NCBI GenBank assembly: GCA_937944175.1
Contig: CALDZW010000043.1
Coordinates: 1 to 42,224, forward strand
DNA length: 42,224 bases
Direction: 5' to 3'
From: an uncultured Candidatus Altimarinota bacterium
GTDB taxonomy: Bacteria > Patescibacteriota > Gracilibacteria > BD1-5 > UBA6164
Shown: positions 12,934 through 23,509 of the stretch, piece by piece
Position numbering within the stretch: the first letter of the stretch is position 1
Layout of the letters: each line of letters starts with the position of its first letter
Program-made: the position numbers and the translations under genes
Notes under the pieces: model-generated
Database searches by the model: none
What the model saw: only the letters and a program-made list of their open reading frames with translations
What the model was told of the DNA's origin: nothing

Positions 12934-13154
12934 TGGCAGGTCTATTTTTCTTCAAAAGAGAGGTAGAAGGTTCATTAACATAACTTAAAAATATAGTTTT
13001 CTCCTAACTTGTTTATATAACATTTGGGGAAGAGTACATTAACTATTAATTGTGTGTTCTTCTCCCTGTGTTATATAAAATACATGGGTTAAGGCTTTAA
13101 CTGTTTTTGTAGATATACAAAAACCTTATTTTATATGCTAACTTATAGTATACT

Positions 13155-16100
13155 ATGAGTAACTTAGTAAAAAAAGTTACTTCTGCAATGCTAACTTCTG
13201 CTGTTGTTTTATCAGCTGTAAGTTCTGTTGCATGAGTAAATGCTGCTTACACTAACCTGGAAGCTGCAAACAAGTTAGCTAATCTTGGTGTGATTGTAGA
13301 TCAATCTACAAACCCATCAGCTTATAGATTAGCTGATTCGATTCAAAGAAAAGAAGCTTTGAAAATTATGATGAAACTTTCAGGTCAAACTGTTAGTGAT
13401 GGATCATGTGTAAGTCCATTTGCAGATATTGCAAATACTGATTGGGCTTGTAAATATGCTGTTGCTGCATTAAACTCTGGGTTTATTGCTCCTAACACTA
13501 ATTACAGACCTAATGATCAGGTTTCAAAAATTGAAGGACTTAAAATGGTAATGCAAGCAAGAGGGATTGCTAAAGGTCCTGATGCTGATTGGAGAGCTGG
13601 ATATGTTTCAGTTGCTGTAGCTAATAATGTAGCTATGCCATTCTCTGATTATGATACTTCTGTTGAAAGAGGGTTAATGTTTGTATGGGCTGCTGAATTA
13701 GCTGCACCTATGGCTGTTACTCCAACTGCTCCATCAACTCCAGCTCCTGCTGAAGATGATACAGATGATTTACTTGGTGCACTACTTGGTGGTTTAGATG
13801 ATGATGAGGATACTACTCCAACTCCAACTACTCCATCAACTCCTGTTGTTACTACTCCAGAACCAACTACTCCAGTTGCTCCTGTTACTAGTGGAAGTGA
13901 TGTATTAATGGTTTCATTGAATCCAGAAACTCCATCTGATGGTTTAGCTCAAGCTAATACTTCTAGAGTTCCTCTATTAGTGTTTGATGTAAAAGCAGGT
14001 TCAGAAGATGTTACTCTTGATGAAGCAACTTTTGAATTTATAGGTTTAGGAGATTTTAATCTTTTAGATAATGTATCAATTTATAATCAAATTGGTGAAA
14101 AAGTATCTAAAACTAAATCTTTTAGTGAATTAACAAGAGAAATTTCTTTTGATAATGATGTTGTTGTTGAAGCTGGTACTACTATGACTTTAACAGTAGC
14201 TGGTCAAATTACTGACCCAAATGGTGTTATTAATGCAACTTTTGGTATTCAACTTGTTGATCTTCAAACTTCTAGTGATGTAGAAGGTGAAAATCTTGTT
14301 GGTGCTCTATTAGTTCCTGCACTTTTCTCAAATGTTGCTTCTCTTGAAGTGAAAGAAGATAAGGCAACAGGTGATGTTTCTATTGGTGACAATATGAAGC
14401 TTGCTTGATTTGAAATTGAAGAAAAAAATGATAATGAAGATGTAATGATTAAAACAATTACTATTCATGTAAGTGGATCAATTGATGAAGATGATATTTC
14501 AGACCTTTCAATTCATATTGATGGAACTGAAGTTGCTTCAAACCTTATGGTTAATAGTGATGAAGAAATTGTTGCTGCTGTTGATTATGAAATGGCTGCT
14601 GATGATAAAGTTTCAGTTGAGCTTATGTGAACTATTAGTGGTTCTGTAGGTGAAACAGTTGATTTTTCATTTATGTCTAATGATGATATATATAGTATAG
14701 GTGCTAGATCTGGTATGCCAGTTGCTATCTCTAATGCTATTTCAACTGAAGATATTGCTTCATTAAATACAATTGAAGGAGCTGAAATTAATGTTGCTTT
14801 TGATACAAGTGATGTAGATGAAGCTAAACCAGATGCTGAAGATGTTCTTGTTTGAACATTAAGAATGACAGCAATGTCTGAGGATTATGAAGTTACTAGA
14901 TTGGCTGTTAAGGTTTGATGAAATGGTCAATTAGGTATTGATGATTTAGAACTAGACGGTTCAAGCTTTGATGCTGGTCCTACTGCTGTTTCTGTTTCTG
15001 GAGTTACTTACCAAATGTATTACTTTGATGATATTTCTCTTCCACAAGGAGAAGAAGTAGCTCTTGACCTTACTATGGATGTACAAGACAATACAGCATA
15101 TAATAATACGAGCATGACATTTGAAATCATGTTTGTAGAAATTGAAGATGATATGAATGATGTTACATATGTAGCTGGTTCTGCTAATTCTTGATTTGAT
15201 GTAGATGATATTCTTTCAACTACTGCTCTTAATACTCAAACTATTGATATAGAGTCAGCTTGAATTACTATTTCTAATGTTCAAGTTAATGATAGACAAT
15301 TAGTACTTGGTAATGGGATTGAAACTGTTATATACAAATGAAAAATTTCTGTATCTGATAGTGAAGATGTTATTATAGAAGATATGGATTTCTCAGCTGC
15401 TACTACTAATTCATTATCTGGTGAAGATTTTGATGATGTTGTTGCTAATGCTACATTGAATATTGGTGGTCAAACATTTGATTGAGATGTAGAAGCTGCT
15501 TCAATTGATTTTTCAAACATCAATGCTGTAATACCTGCTGGATCTGATAACATTGAAGTTCTTGTAACTGCTATATTAAAAGATAACAGTGCTATTACAG
15601 GTGCTGGTAATTACCTAGCACTTATGGTTGATACTTCAGCTCTTTCTCTTGAAGATACTGACGGAGAAGATATTCTAGCTGCTAATATTACTAGCTCTGC
15701 TATTAATTCTAAACCAACTAAGACTGAACTTCTTGATAGAGGTACATTCGCTGTTAATATGGTTCAGAATGGTGACTTAGAAGATGAAATCGAAGAAACT
15801 GTTCTTGCTTGAACTACTGATGTTGCTATTGGTGAGGTTGAAATTCAGGCTCAATATGAAGCTGTTGATGTTGATGAATTAACATTTAAAATTACTGGAG
15901 CTGATTTTTCAGATTCACTTCTTAATGTTAATTTAGTAGCTGAAGATGGTTCAATTATTGCTTCTGACGCAGTTGTTAATCTTGTTTGATCAGATACTGA
16001 AATAGTATTTGAAGACTTCACTGTAGAAAATACAGATGATGAAATAAGTGCACTTCTTGTTGCAGAATTAAGAGCATATGACACTACAGGTGATGTAACT

Positions 16101-16652
16101 AAAGGACAACTAGGTAGTCTAGCTGTTTCAGTTGTTGCTCCTGCTAGTACTGATCTTGAAGGTGAAAGCTCAAATGATCCAATTACTCCAATGGTTACAG
16201 TTCCTGCTGTAATAGGTGAAACAGTTACTATTGTTCCTGCTATAGTTACAGTTGCTGTTGGTGATACTCTTGGAAATAACGACAAATATGCTACTATTGA
16301 CTTTACAGTTGATAAAGGTAATAATGAATTTGATAATGATGATATTGTTATTACTCAAATTGCTATTGAAAATGCTATTGCTGCTCCTTGAATTATTGTA
16401 AGAAATGATGATAATGTTACTGTTGTTAACAATGACACAACAACTACATTACTTCTTAATGATGCTACTGCTAGTGATTACGAAATTAACAATGGAGATT
16501 CATTTGAATTCAAAGTTGGTGAACCTACTACAGCTGGAGGTAACACAGAATTGAGAATCCTTGCTAATGGTGTTTCATATACTCTAGACAATAATACATA
16601 TACAACTAATAATGATGACATCATTAATTTAGGTGAATATGATGATAACTAG
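13155..16652 (+). CDS. Large acidic cell-surface protein with N-terminal SLH-like repeats (S-layer protein candidate)
   Basis: ATG at 13155, TAG at 16650-16652, 1165 aa. All five standard-code fragments in the track (13290, 14445, 14673, 15624, 16191) share this frame. Signal peptide MSNLVKKVTSAMLTSAVVLSAVSSVAGVNA. SLH-like PFADIANTDWACKYAVAALNSGFIAPNTNYRPNDQVSKIEGLKMVM. Pro/Thr linkers flank an Asp-rich block, followed by a long Asp/Thr/Val/Asn-rich region. Confidence 0.75.
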
Positions 16653-16674
16653 AAACTAGTTTCTACCTTATCTA

Positions 16675-16710
16675 AAAATCCCTTTCTCTTTATGAGAAGG
16701 GATTTTTTTT
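16675..16710 (+). terminator. Strong rho-independent terminator after the S-layer gene
   Basis: Stem AAAATCCCTTTCTC / GAGAAGGGATTTT (one bulged T), loop TTTAT, then eight T residues. Confidence 0.8.
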
Positions 16711-16731
16711 GTGCTCAAAAATATGTAGCTT

Positions 16732-16771
16732 AAAAATGTAGGGACAGCAGATCTGCTGTCCCTACATTTTT
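16732..16771. terminator. Perfect 40-bp palindrome, probable bidirectional terminator between convergent genes
   Basis: AAAAATGTAGGGACAGCAGA|TCTGCTGTCCCTACATTTTT. A 20-bp perfect stem centred on AGATCT, flanked by A5 and T5, so it presents a U-tail on both strands. Confidence 0.65.
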
Positions 16772-16781
16772 AATTCTTAGA

Positions 16782-17807
16782 CTATTTGATATCTATGATT
16801 TCTATGTCAAAATAGAGTTTTTCTCATGCTAATTCATGATTTAAATCAATGATGATTTCTTCTTCTTGTACTTCTTTTATAGTAAAATATCAATATTGAG
16901 TAGGAAGCTTTTCTCATACTTCTAGCTTAATTCAAGCTTCAACAAATGATTGGAGATCCCTCTTTTGCATTGTTTTAGTTTTTTCAACATCATACTCACC
17001 ATATCAGTTCTTTGGTTCAACTTCTAATTTGAAAGCTTCTCATATTTTTTTTCCAACAACTCATTGCTCCCATCATTTGATAACCTGTCATTGACCTATG
17101 ACAAAACTAAATGGTTCTCATCTATTATGACTAGAATCTTTAATACTTCAGTCTTCTAGAGTAAGTGTATAATGAACACTTATAGTATTTCATTCACTAC
17201 TTGTCATGTTCTCCTTTTCTAACTGACTATCAGCTTGTTTTTTATTATATTTCTCAATTATAGCTTTGTTATCTTGTTTGTATTTTTCAAGAGATCAATT
17301 TTTATATTCTTTAATCTTTATTTCAATGATTTTTATTTCTTTTTTTGGTCTATCTTGAGAATCTGTTTTTGCTTTGGCTATTTTATCAACATTGTCTTGT
17401 CACTCTACTACTTCTCAGAACACAGAATGTTTATCATCAAGGTAATTATTGTCATTTTGGTTAATAAAGAACTGACTTCAATTTGTATTTGGTCATGAAT
17501 TAGCCATAGAGAGAGTATATTTATTGTTCCTACACTCAGGATGGAATTCATCTGTAAATTTCTCTCAGTAGATACTTTCACCTCACATTCATGTTCCTGT
17601 AGGATCTCATCATTGGATCATAAAGTTATTAATGATTCTGTGAAAAATAATATCATTATAATATCATTTTTTTGCTAATCCTATAAAATTGGCTGTGGTG
17701 AATGGTGCTTGTTCAGTGAATAGAAGTACCTTTATACTACCATTAGTTGTTTTAATTTTTGCAATAATGTTTCATTCTTGCAATTCTTTTTTATCTTTTT
17801 TCCCCAT
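16782..17807 (-). CDS. Dual-domain peptidyl-prolyl isomerase: N-terminal cyclophilin fused to a C-terminal SlyD-like FKBP
   Basis: ATG is the reverse complement of 17805-17807. Cyclophilin motifs [27 protein letters not shown] and MANSGPNTNGSQFFI. A Lys-rich linker follows. FKBP part: VHYTLTLEDG...FVIGQGQVIKGWEQG...NHELAGEKLYFDIEIIDIK. I checked every in-frame triplet from 17805 to 16785 and found no TAA/TAG. Stop is TAG at 16782-16784. 341 aa. Confidence 0.8.
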
Positions 17808-17837
17808 AATGTATAATTGTTTGTTGTTAATTAAAGA

Positions 17838-17861
17838 AAAGTCTTCCATATGGAAGACTTT
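17838..17861 (-). terminator. Terminator after the FKBP lipoprotein gene
   Basis: Perfect palindrome AAAGTCTTCCATATGGAAGACTTT, followed on the minus strand by TTTTCTTT. Confidence 0.6.
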
Positions 17862-17893
17862 ATTTGTGATTATTTTTGCTATGTAAGTAAGTA

Positions 17894-18679
17894 TTACTTA
17901 ATATCCATAATTTCAATATCAAAAGTTAGTTTTTTCCCAGCAAGTTCATGATTTACATCAACAAGAACTCCTGTAGCAGTTGCTTCTTTAATTTTGAATT
18001 TACCAAATTGAGTTGGAAGTAATTGACCTGGTTCTAATTTAATTCCAGCATCTTCAAATTGTTTTAATTCTGCTTTAGGAACCATCTGTACTCTAGTAGC
18101 ATCATATTCACCATAAGCATCGGCAGGTTCAACTTCTAATTTTTTCTTATCTCAAATTTTCATACCAATAAGTCATTCATCCCATCCTTTAATTACTTGA
18201 CCTTGACCAATAGCAAATTCAAATGGTTGTCCTCTATCAAGTGAAGATTCAACTTTCTCACCATTATCTAGACTTAAAGTGTAATGAACAGCAACAGTAT
18301 TACCAGTCTGGATTGGGTAATTTGATTTATCTGCTGGGACAACAGGAGCAGGAATTGCTGGTTGTTGAGCTGCTAGTTGAGCTGCTGGTTGAGCTGCTGG
18401 TTGAGCTGGTTGTTGAGCTGCTGGTTGAGCTGGTTGTTGAGCTGCTGGTTGAGCTGGTTGTTGAGCTGGTTGTTGAGCTGGTTGTTGAGCTGGTTGTTGA
18501 GCTGGTTGTTGAGCTGCTGGTTGAGCTGCTGGTTGAGCTGCTGGTTGAGCTGCTGGTTGAGCTGCTGGTTGAGCTGCTGGTTGAGCTGCTGGTGTTTCAG
18601 TAGTAGTATTTGTTGCATTTTGGTTACAACTAGCAAGCACTAGTAAAGCAACAAGCATCATAATTTTTTTCATATTCAT
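17894..18679 (-). CDS. FKBP-type (SlyD-like) peptidyl-prolyl isomerase lipoprotein with a Pro/Ala/Gln repeat linker
   Basis: Track fragments 17894-18085 and 18173-18679 share a frame and join through TGA codons. The joining triplets were checked. Lipobox MNMKKIMMLVALLVLASC. (AAQP)/(AQQP) repeats. FKBP core VHYTLSLDNG...FAIGQGQVIKGWDEG...NHELAGKKLTFDIEIMDIK. Stop is TAA at 17894-17896. 261 aa. Confidence 0.85.
18357..18593. repeat. 12-bp tandem repeat, about 19.5 copies, two unit types
   Basis: The units GCTGCTGGTTGA and GCTGGTTGTTGA, plus one GCTGCTAGTTGA variant, were counted directly. They lie in-frame within the lipoprotein linker (AAQP / AQQP). Confidence 0.95.
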
Positions 18680-18722
18680 ATATGTAATTATAAAATAATA
18701 AAAATAAGTAAGTAATCAGATG

Positions 18723-21700
18723 CTATTTTTTTAATCTGATTTTTTTATTTTTAATCTTTTTATTCAAAAGATTCACAAGGTATTCTAAAAAATTTTCTTC
18801 ATTTGTAAAGTATTTTATAGGACTTCTGACTCTATTTACAGTCACTACGCTAAATTTAACTTCCTTGTCTTGTTCTAAAAATTTTTTTAATATATCTAGA
18901 GATATTTTTGAATTAAAGTCAATTTGGAAATGTTTTCATACTTTTTTGATATGGATGATGAAAAAGTTTCTACTTACTATTCTTACATGCAGTAAATTAT
19001 AGAGGTTGAGAACTTGTGGCATATGGTGTAACTCTGATTTGATGTTATATTGATTCTTGAATTCTTCAAAAACTATTTTCAAATCTTCAATAGTGTTAAT
19101 AGATTCAATTTCTCTATAGAAGTTGATTTTATCAAGATCAGATTCAAAAAAATCATCAGGAAGAGATATGTCTATTGGAAGGTCAATTTTTGTGTAATGC
19201 TCATTAATATAAGCAGGTGTTTCTTTTTTTTCTATACTTTTTTTATCTTTTGTATTTTGATTCTGGGCTTTTTTGATAGTAAGCTCTTGAATCTTTTGCT
19301 CAATGAGTCTTAAGTAGAGGTTTACTCATATCTCTGATGATTGTCAGCTTTGTTTGATTCAGAGAAGATCTCATCAACCACGGACTTCAAGGTCTTTTAT
19401 GGCCAGTTCAAATCATGCTCATAGATATGAATAGTTCACAAGAGTTTGTAGGCGCTTTGCAGTTTCAGGTCCCAGTTTTTCATTTTTGTATAATAAGTAG
19501 CAATATCATTGTTTTTCACTCCTTCAGACTCTTCAACGAAGTTGGTGAACTTGGCTTATTCAAAAATTTTGAGCTTCATTTACAAAAATAGTATTGACAT
19601 TGGGGAAATCAATTCAATTTTCTATGACAGTAGTAGTAAGGAGAATGTCATATTTTTTGTTTTTAAAATCAATAATTCTTTTTTCAAGGGTGTTTCAAGG
19701 AAGTTGTCCATGAGTGGTTATTATTTTTTTGTCTGGAAAGAGTTCTGAGAGAGTTTTTTCAAAAAACACTAAATTTTGTATCCTATTATGTACAAAATAC
19801 ACCTGTCATCATTTTTCAAATTCTTGAAGACATCATTCATAAATTACTTTCTCACTATATTTTGAAACAAAAGTTCTTATGCTTTTTCTTCAAGGAGGAG
19901 GAGTTTTTATAATGGAAATTTGTTTTATTTGAGAAAGAGCCATATTGAGGCTCCTTGGAATAGGAGTAGCTGACATTGATAAAATATCAATGGAGGATTG
20001 AAGTTGTTTAATTTTTTCTTTATCTTTTACTCCAAATTTGTGTTCTTCATCTACTACTAGTAATCAAAGATTTTTGTAAATTACTGTGTCTTGTAGAAGT
20101 TTATGTGTTCATATTATCAAATCGATATTTCCATCTTGTAGTGATGTAAGAATTTTCTCTGTATTACTTCTAGACTCCACTCTTGTAAGAAGTCATATCT
20201 TTATTCAGAATTCTTTGAACCTTTCAACTGCTTTTTCATAATGTTCATAGGCAAGTACAACAAGTGGAGCTATAAACACTACTTGTTTTTTATGTAATAG
20301 AGCTCTATAAATGGCATTGAATGCTACTTCTGTTTTTCAAAAACCAACATCTCATACAAGGAGTCTATCCATTGGTGTAGATGATTCCATATCTGTTAAA
20401 ATATCACTGATCACTTCTTGTTGATCAGAAGTATATTGATAAGGGAATGAATTTTGAAACTTTCTCTCTTGTTCTGGGAATGAAGTAAAAGTAAAAGATT
20501 TTGAAAGTTTTCTTTGTGAATAGACTTCAAGGAGTTCCTCTGCTAAGGCTTCTACTGATTCATCTACTTTTTTTAATTTTCTTTGCCATTCTGTAGTATT
20601 GAGGCCAGTAAGCTTTGGATTATCTCATCAAACAAACTTATTTACTCTTCAGACTTCAGTAATAGGGACAAAGAGTTTATCCTCTCATTTATAAGCAATC
20701 TCAATATATTCTTTAATAAGTGGTTTCTTTCATGATGTTTGTGGAAGTTCTTTTTTGATAATTCATTTAAATATTCAAATTCAATGATCAATATGAACAA
20801 CATAGTCACCAGGATGAATTTTTAGTAAGAGATCAAGTTCCACACTTATGTTTTTCTGGTTTCTTTTTTTTATGAAGAGTTCTCATAGAACATCATCTGA
20901 TATTATATAGAGCTGCTGGTCACTGTTTGTTGTTTGAAAACTTTTTATGAAAGAACCTTTTTGTTCATGAATTCAAGCTGCTTGAAGGTTATTATATTTC
21001 AAGAAGTTTGTAATGGTGGTTGTATTTTTTGTATAGATATATACATGATTTCCTTTGTTTGCAATAATGTCTTTGAAATTTTCAATTGAATTAATTGTGG
21101 GTGGAACTATTCACATATCAATAATAGTTGAAAATTCTTTATTTCATATATAATCAAGACTAGAGATCTGAGAGCATATTTTTTTATATTCATAATAGTT
21201 TTCTGAAAAGTCTAGTTGATCAAGAATGACATGATCAGTTGATTCTCATATAATATTAAGGAGTGTTTGTCCATTTTTTTCTTCAGATGTAAATAACTTT
21301 TTATTTGATCAGAGCACAAGTGTTGAAAGATCTGTAGTTGTTTTGTTTATGTGTGTAAGGTCTGTTTCAATAATGCTTTCAATATATTCTCCCCAGAAGC
21401 TTATGGAATATCTTTTTTGTTCAGAAAAATGAGTAATATGCAAAATATCCCCTGTTCTTTTGTAACTTCAAGCGATTTGAAAATCAGAGTGAGTATAGCC
21501 CAGTTCAGTAAGTTTTTGTAAGAGGGCATTTAATTCATATTCTTTTTTGAGTTTAAGTATAAGAGAGTGATGCAACAGTTGCTGAGGATTTATGATTTCT
21601 TCTTTTGTGTATGTATTATCTACTATAAATAATCAACTTCTATCATGGTCGATATCAACAAGGTCAGCTTGAGTGTTGATTTTTCTAAATGGTATATGAA

Positions 21701-21872
21701 GGTATTCCAGATGTTTTTTATATTGAGAGTATATTTTTTCATTTTGAAGAATGAGAATGATTTTTTTATTCTTTATAAGCACATCTTTAATTATCAGTAC
21801 TTTGCTAAAAAGTGTTCAGCTATTAATATAGCTGACTCATGGCTTTAATTGAATTGCTAGGTCTGGATTCAT
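18723..21872 (-). CDS. mfd: Transcription-repair coupling factor
   Basis: ATG is the reverse complement of 21870-21872. Motifs: [32 protein letters not shown] (Walker A), [27 protein letters not shown], a TRG-like LEVRGGGDLLG, and a C-terminal TRCF domain. Stop is TAG at 18723-18725. 1049 aa. Confidence 0.9.
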
Positions 21873-21982
21873 TCAAAGTATTTTACAAAAATATTTTTTA
21901 AATATACTAGCAATAATAAAAAAGACAAACTTTGCTTGAAATGATAGTTTGCTACTACATCTATAATATATAATCACTAGAA

Positions 21983-22558
21983 ATGTATCTATTTATTAAT
22001 GCTGTTTCGCAAGACTGAGTTCTTATCCTATTTAATGATAAAAGAGAAATTATTTCTCAAGAGGAAATCTCTATACTGTGAAATGAGAGTTCAAAATTTA
22101 TTTCTATCCTTGAGGATTTTATAGAAAAAAATAGTATTGAATTTTCTGATATCAAAAATTATATTGTAGTGAGTTGACCAGGAAGCTTTACATGACTCAG
22201 AACAATAGTTCTTACTGTGAATACATTAGCCTATATTTATGGAAATTCAATAACAGATGTTAATTATTTTGATCTTTTCTCTAATTATCCAATTGTAAAG
22301 ACTTCTAGTAAAAGAGATGTGTTTGTAAAATATGAAGAATCTGATATAATACATATAGAAACAAATGAAGCATTAAGCTTCCATTGTAAAGAGACGTGAT
22401 ATTCAGTTATTTATTGAGATATACAAATTGACAGACTCTGAAATAGTAAATACACATTGAGCTCTTCAATTGATTATAAAAAGATAATTATTAATATTGA
22501 GTTACTGAGTAAGAATATTATAGAACCTCTGTATATTAAAAAGCCAAATATATCATAA
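21983..22558 (+). CDS. tsaB: tRNA t6A biosynthesis protein TsaB (YeaZ-like)
   Basis: ATG at 21983. Diagnostic VVSGPGSFTGLRTIVLTVNTLAY. Stop is TAA at 22556-22558. 191 aa. Confidence 0.7.
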
Positions 22559-22568
22559 AGCTAAAAAT

Positions 22569-23099
22569 ATGACACATGATCGTGCAAAGGATATCAAGTT
22601 AAAAAACATGAGACCATGAGAAAAAACTGCCATGGTAGTAAAACGTCACTGGATAATTTTAGTTATGCTCTTTTTATACTTTTTCTTCTGAATATGATTA
22701 ACAGTGGGAGTATATATTTTTTTTAATGGTGCTTTGTCTCACTTAATTGTAATTGTGATTTGGATGATACGGTCAATTTTCCTCTATATTCAATGGCTAG
22801 ATCATGAACTTGATATGTATGTAGTTACAAATAATAGAATCATTGGTGTTGAACAGGTATCATTTTTGAATCGAAAAGTATCTGAATGTAACTTATGACA
22901 GGTTCAAGAAGTAGGGTCTCATACTAAATGATTATTAGCAAATCTACTCAATTATGGAACAGTAAAGATCCAGACGGCATGAAATGCTACTAACTTTGTA
23001 ATGTGATATTCTCCACAACCACTAGAAAATTCAAGGAGTATATTGAATATTGTTGATGCTTACAGAGATGCACATTGATCCAAATCAGGAAAAGTATAA
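22569..23099 (+). CDS. Membrane protein with bacterial PH (YdbS/YdbT-like) domain
   Basis: ATG at 22569. Two TM segments, then LDMYVVTNNRIIGVEQVSFLNRKVSECNLGQVQEV...GTVKIQTAG, typical of the bPH_2 family. Stop is TAA at 23097-23099. 176 aa. Confidence 0.55.
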
Positions 23100-23102
23100 T
23101 AC

Positions 23103-23130
23103 CTAGCAATCATTTGCTAGATATTTTTTT
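23103..23130 (+). terminator. Rho-independent terminator
   Basis: Stem CTAGCAA / TTGCTAG, loop TCAT, tail ATATTTTTTT. Confidence 0.6.
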
Positions 23131-23171
23131 ATATGTTATACTTTTGTATATTATTATATAAAAATATATTT

Positions 23172-23378
23172 ATGATTTCAGAAAACATACATCACTCTGA
23201 GAGTGTTGAGGTAGCATCAAATATTTATAGAAATAGGGTGCTAAAAACTATATATTTTGAAAACTCGCTATTGTGAAGAACTCTAGGTCTGATGGGAGTG
23301 AAATATATGTCAAATTCAGAAAAGGTTGAAGCTCTTTCACTTATCAGATCAAAAAATAATAATTGACGCAAGTTGTAA
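23172..23378 (+). CDS. Small hypothetical protein (68 aa)
   Basis: ATG at 23172, TAA at 23376-23378. The frame is open with TGA=Gly. There is no recognisable motif, so coding status is uncertain. Confidence 0.3.
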
Positions 23379-23420
23379 TACTTGTGTAACTACTCTATAA
23401 ATAATAATCTCATTATAGCT

Positions 23421-23455
23421 AAGAAAAAAAGATTGAATTTTTTTCTTTTTTTTGT
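23421..23455 (+). terminator. Weak A/T-only hairpin with T-run
   Basis: Stem AAGAAAAAAA / TTTTTTTCTT, loop GATTGAA, then a T-run. The stem has only one G:C pair. Confidence 0.3.
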
Positions 23456-23491
23456 ATTCTTATTTTTGATGACTGAAGTAATTTATTTCAA

Positions 23492-23500
23492 TGTTAGAAT
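23492..23500 (+). promoter_or_regulatory. Extended -10 element (TGtTAGAAT) just upstream of the cluster's first gene
   Basis: TGTTAGAAT at 23492-23500, only about 10 nt before the ATG at 23510. This would give a nearly leaderless mRNA. No good -35 element is present. Confidence 0.3.
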
Positions 23501-23509
23501 ACTTTATAT

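Noticed and set aside
15851-16285. 144-aa minus-strand ORF in the track.
   Set aside because: It is antisense to the S-layer gene, whose plus frame is continuous and has clear protein features. The antisense product is low-complexity Ser/Thr/Val. It stays open because this region is poor in TGA, TAA and TAG on both strands.
18223-18643. Three overlapping repeat-derived ORFs in the track (LLVELLVE..., QQLNQQLN..., SCWLSWLL...), and the possibility of a CRISPR-like array.
   Set aside because: They are alternative frames of the 12-bp tandem repeat. Only the minus-strand AAQP/AQQP frame connects a lipoprotein signal peptide to an FKBP domain. The repeats are contiguous with no spacers, so this is not CRISPR.
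23172-23378. The small 68-aa ORF as an additional precursor peptide of the cluster.
   Set aside because: It is separated from the cluster by a hairpin with a T-run and a 130-nt gap. It has no repeat or Cys/His/Ser enrichment and nothing links it to the rSAM genes. It is kept only as a low-confidence CDS.
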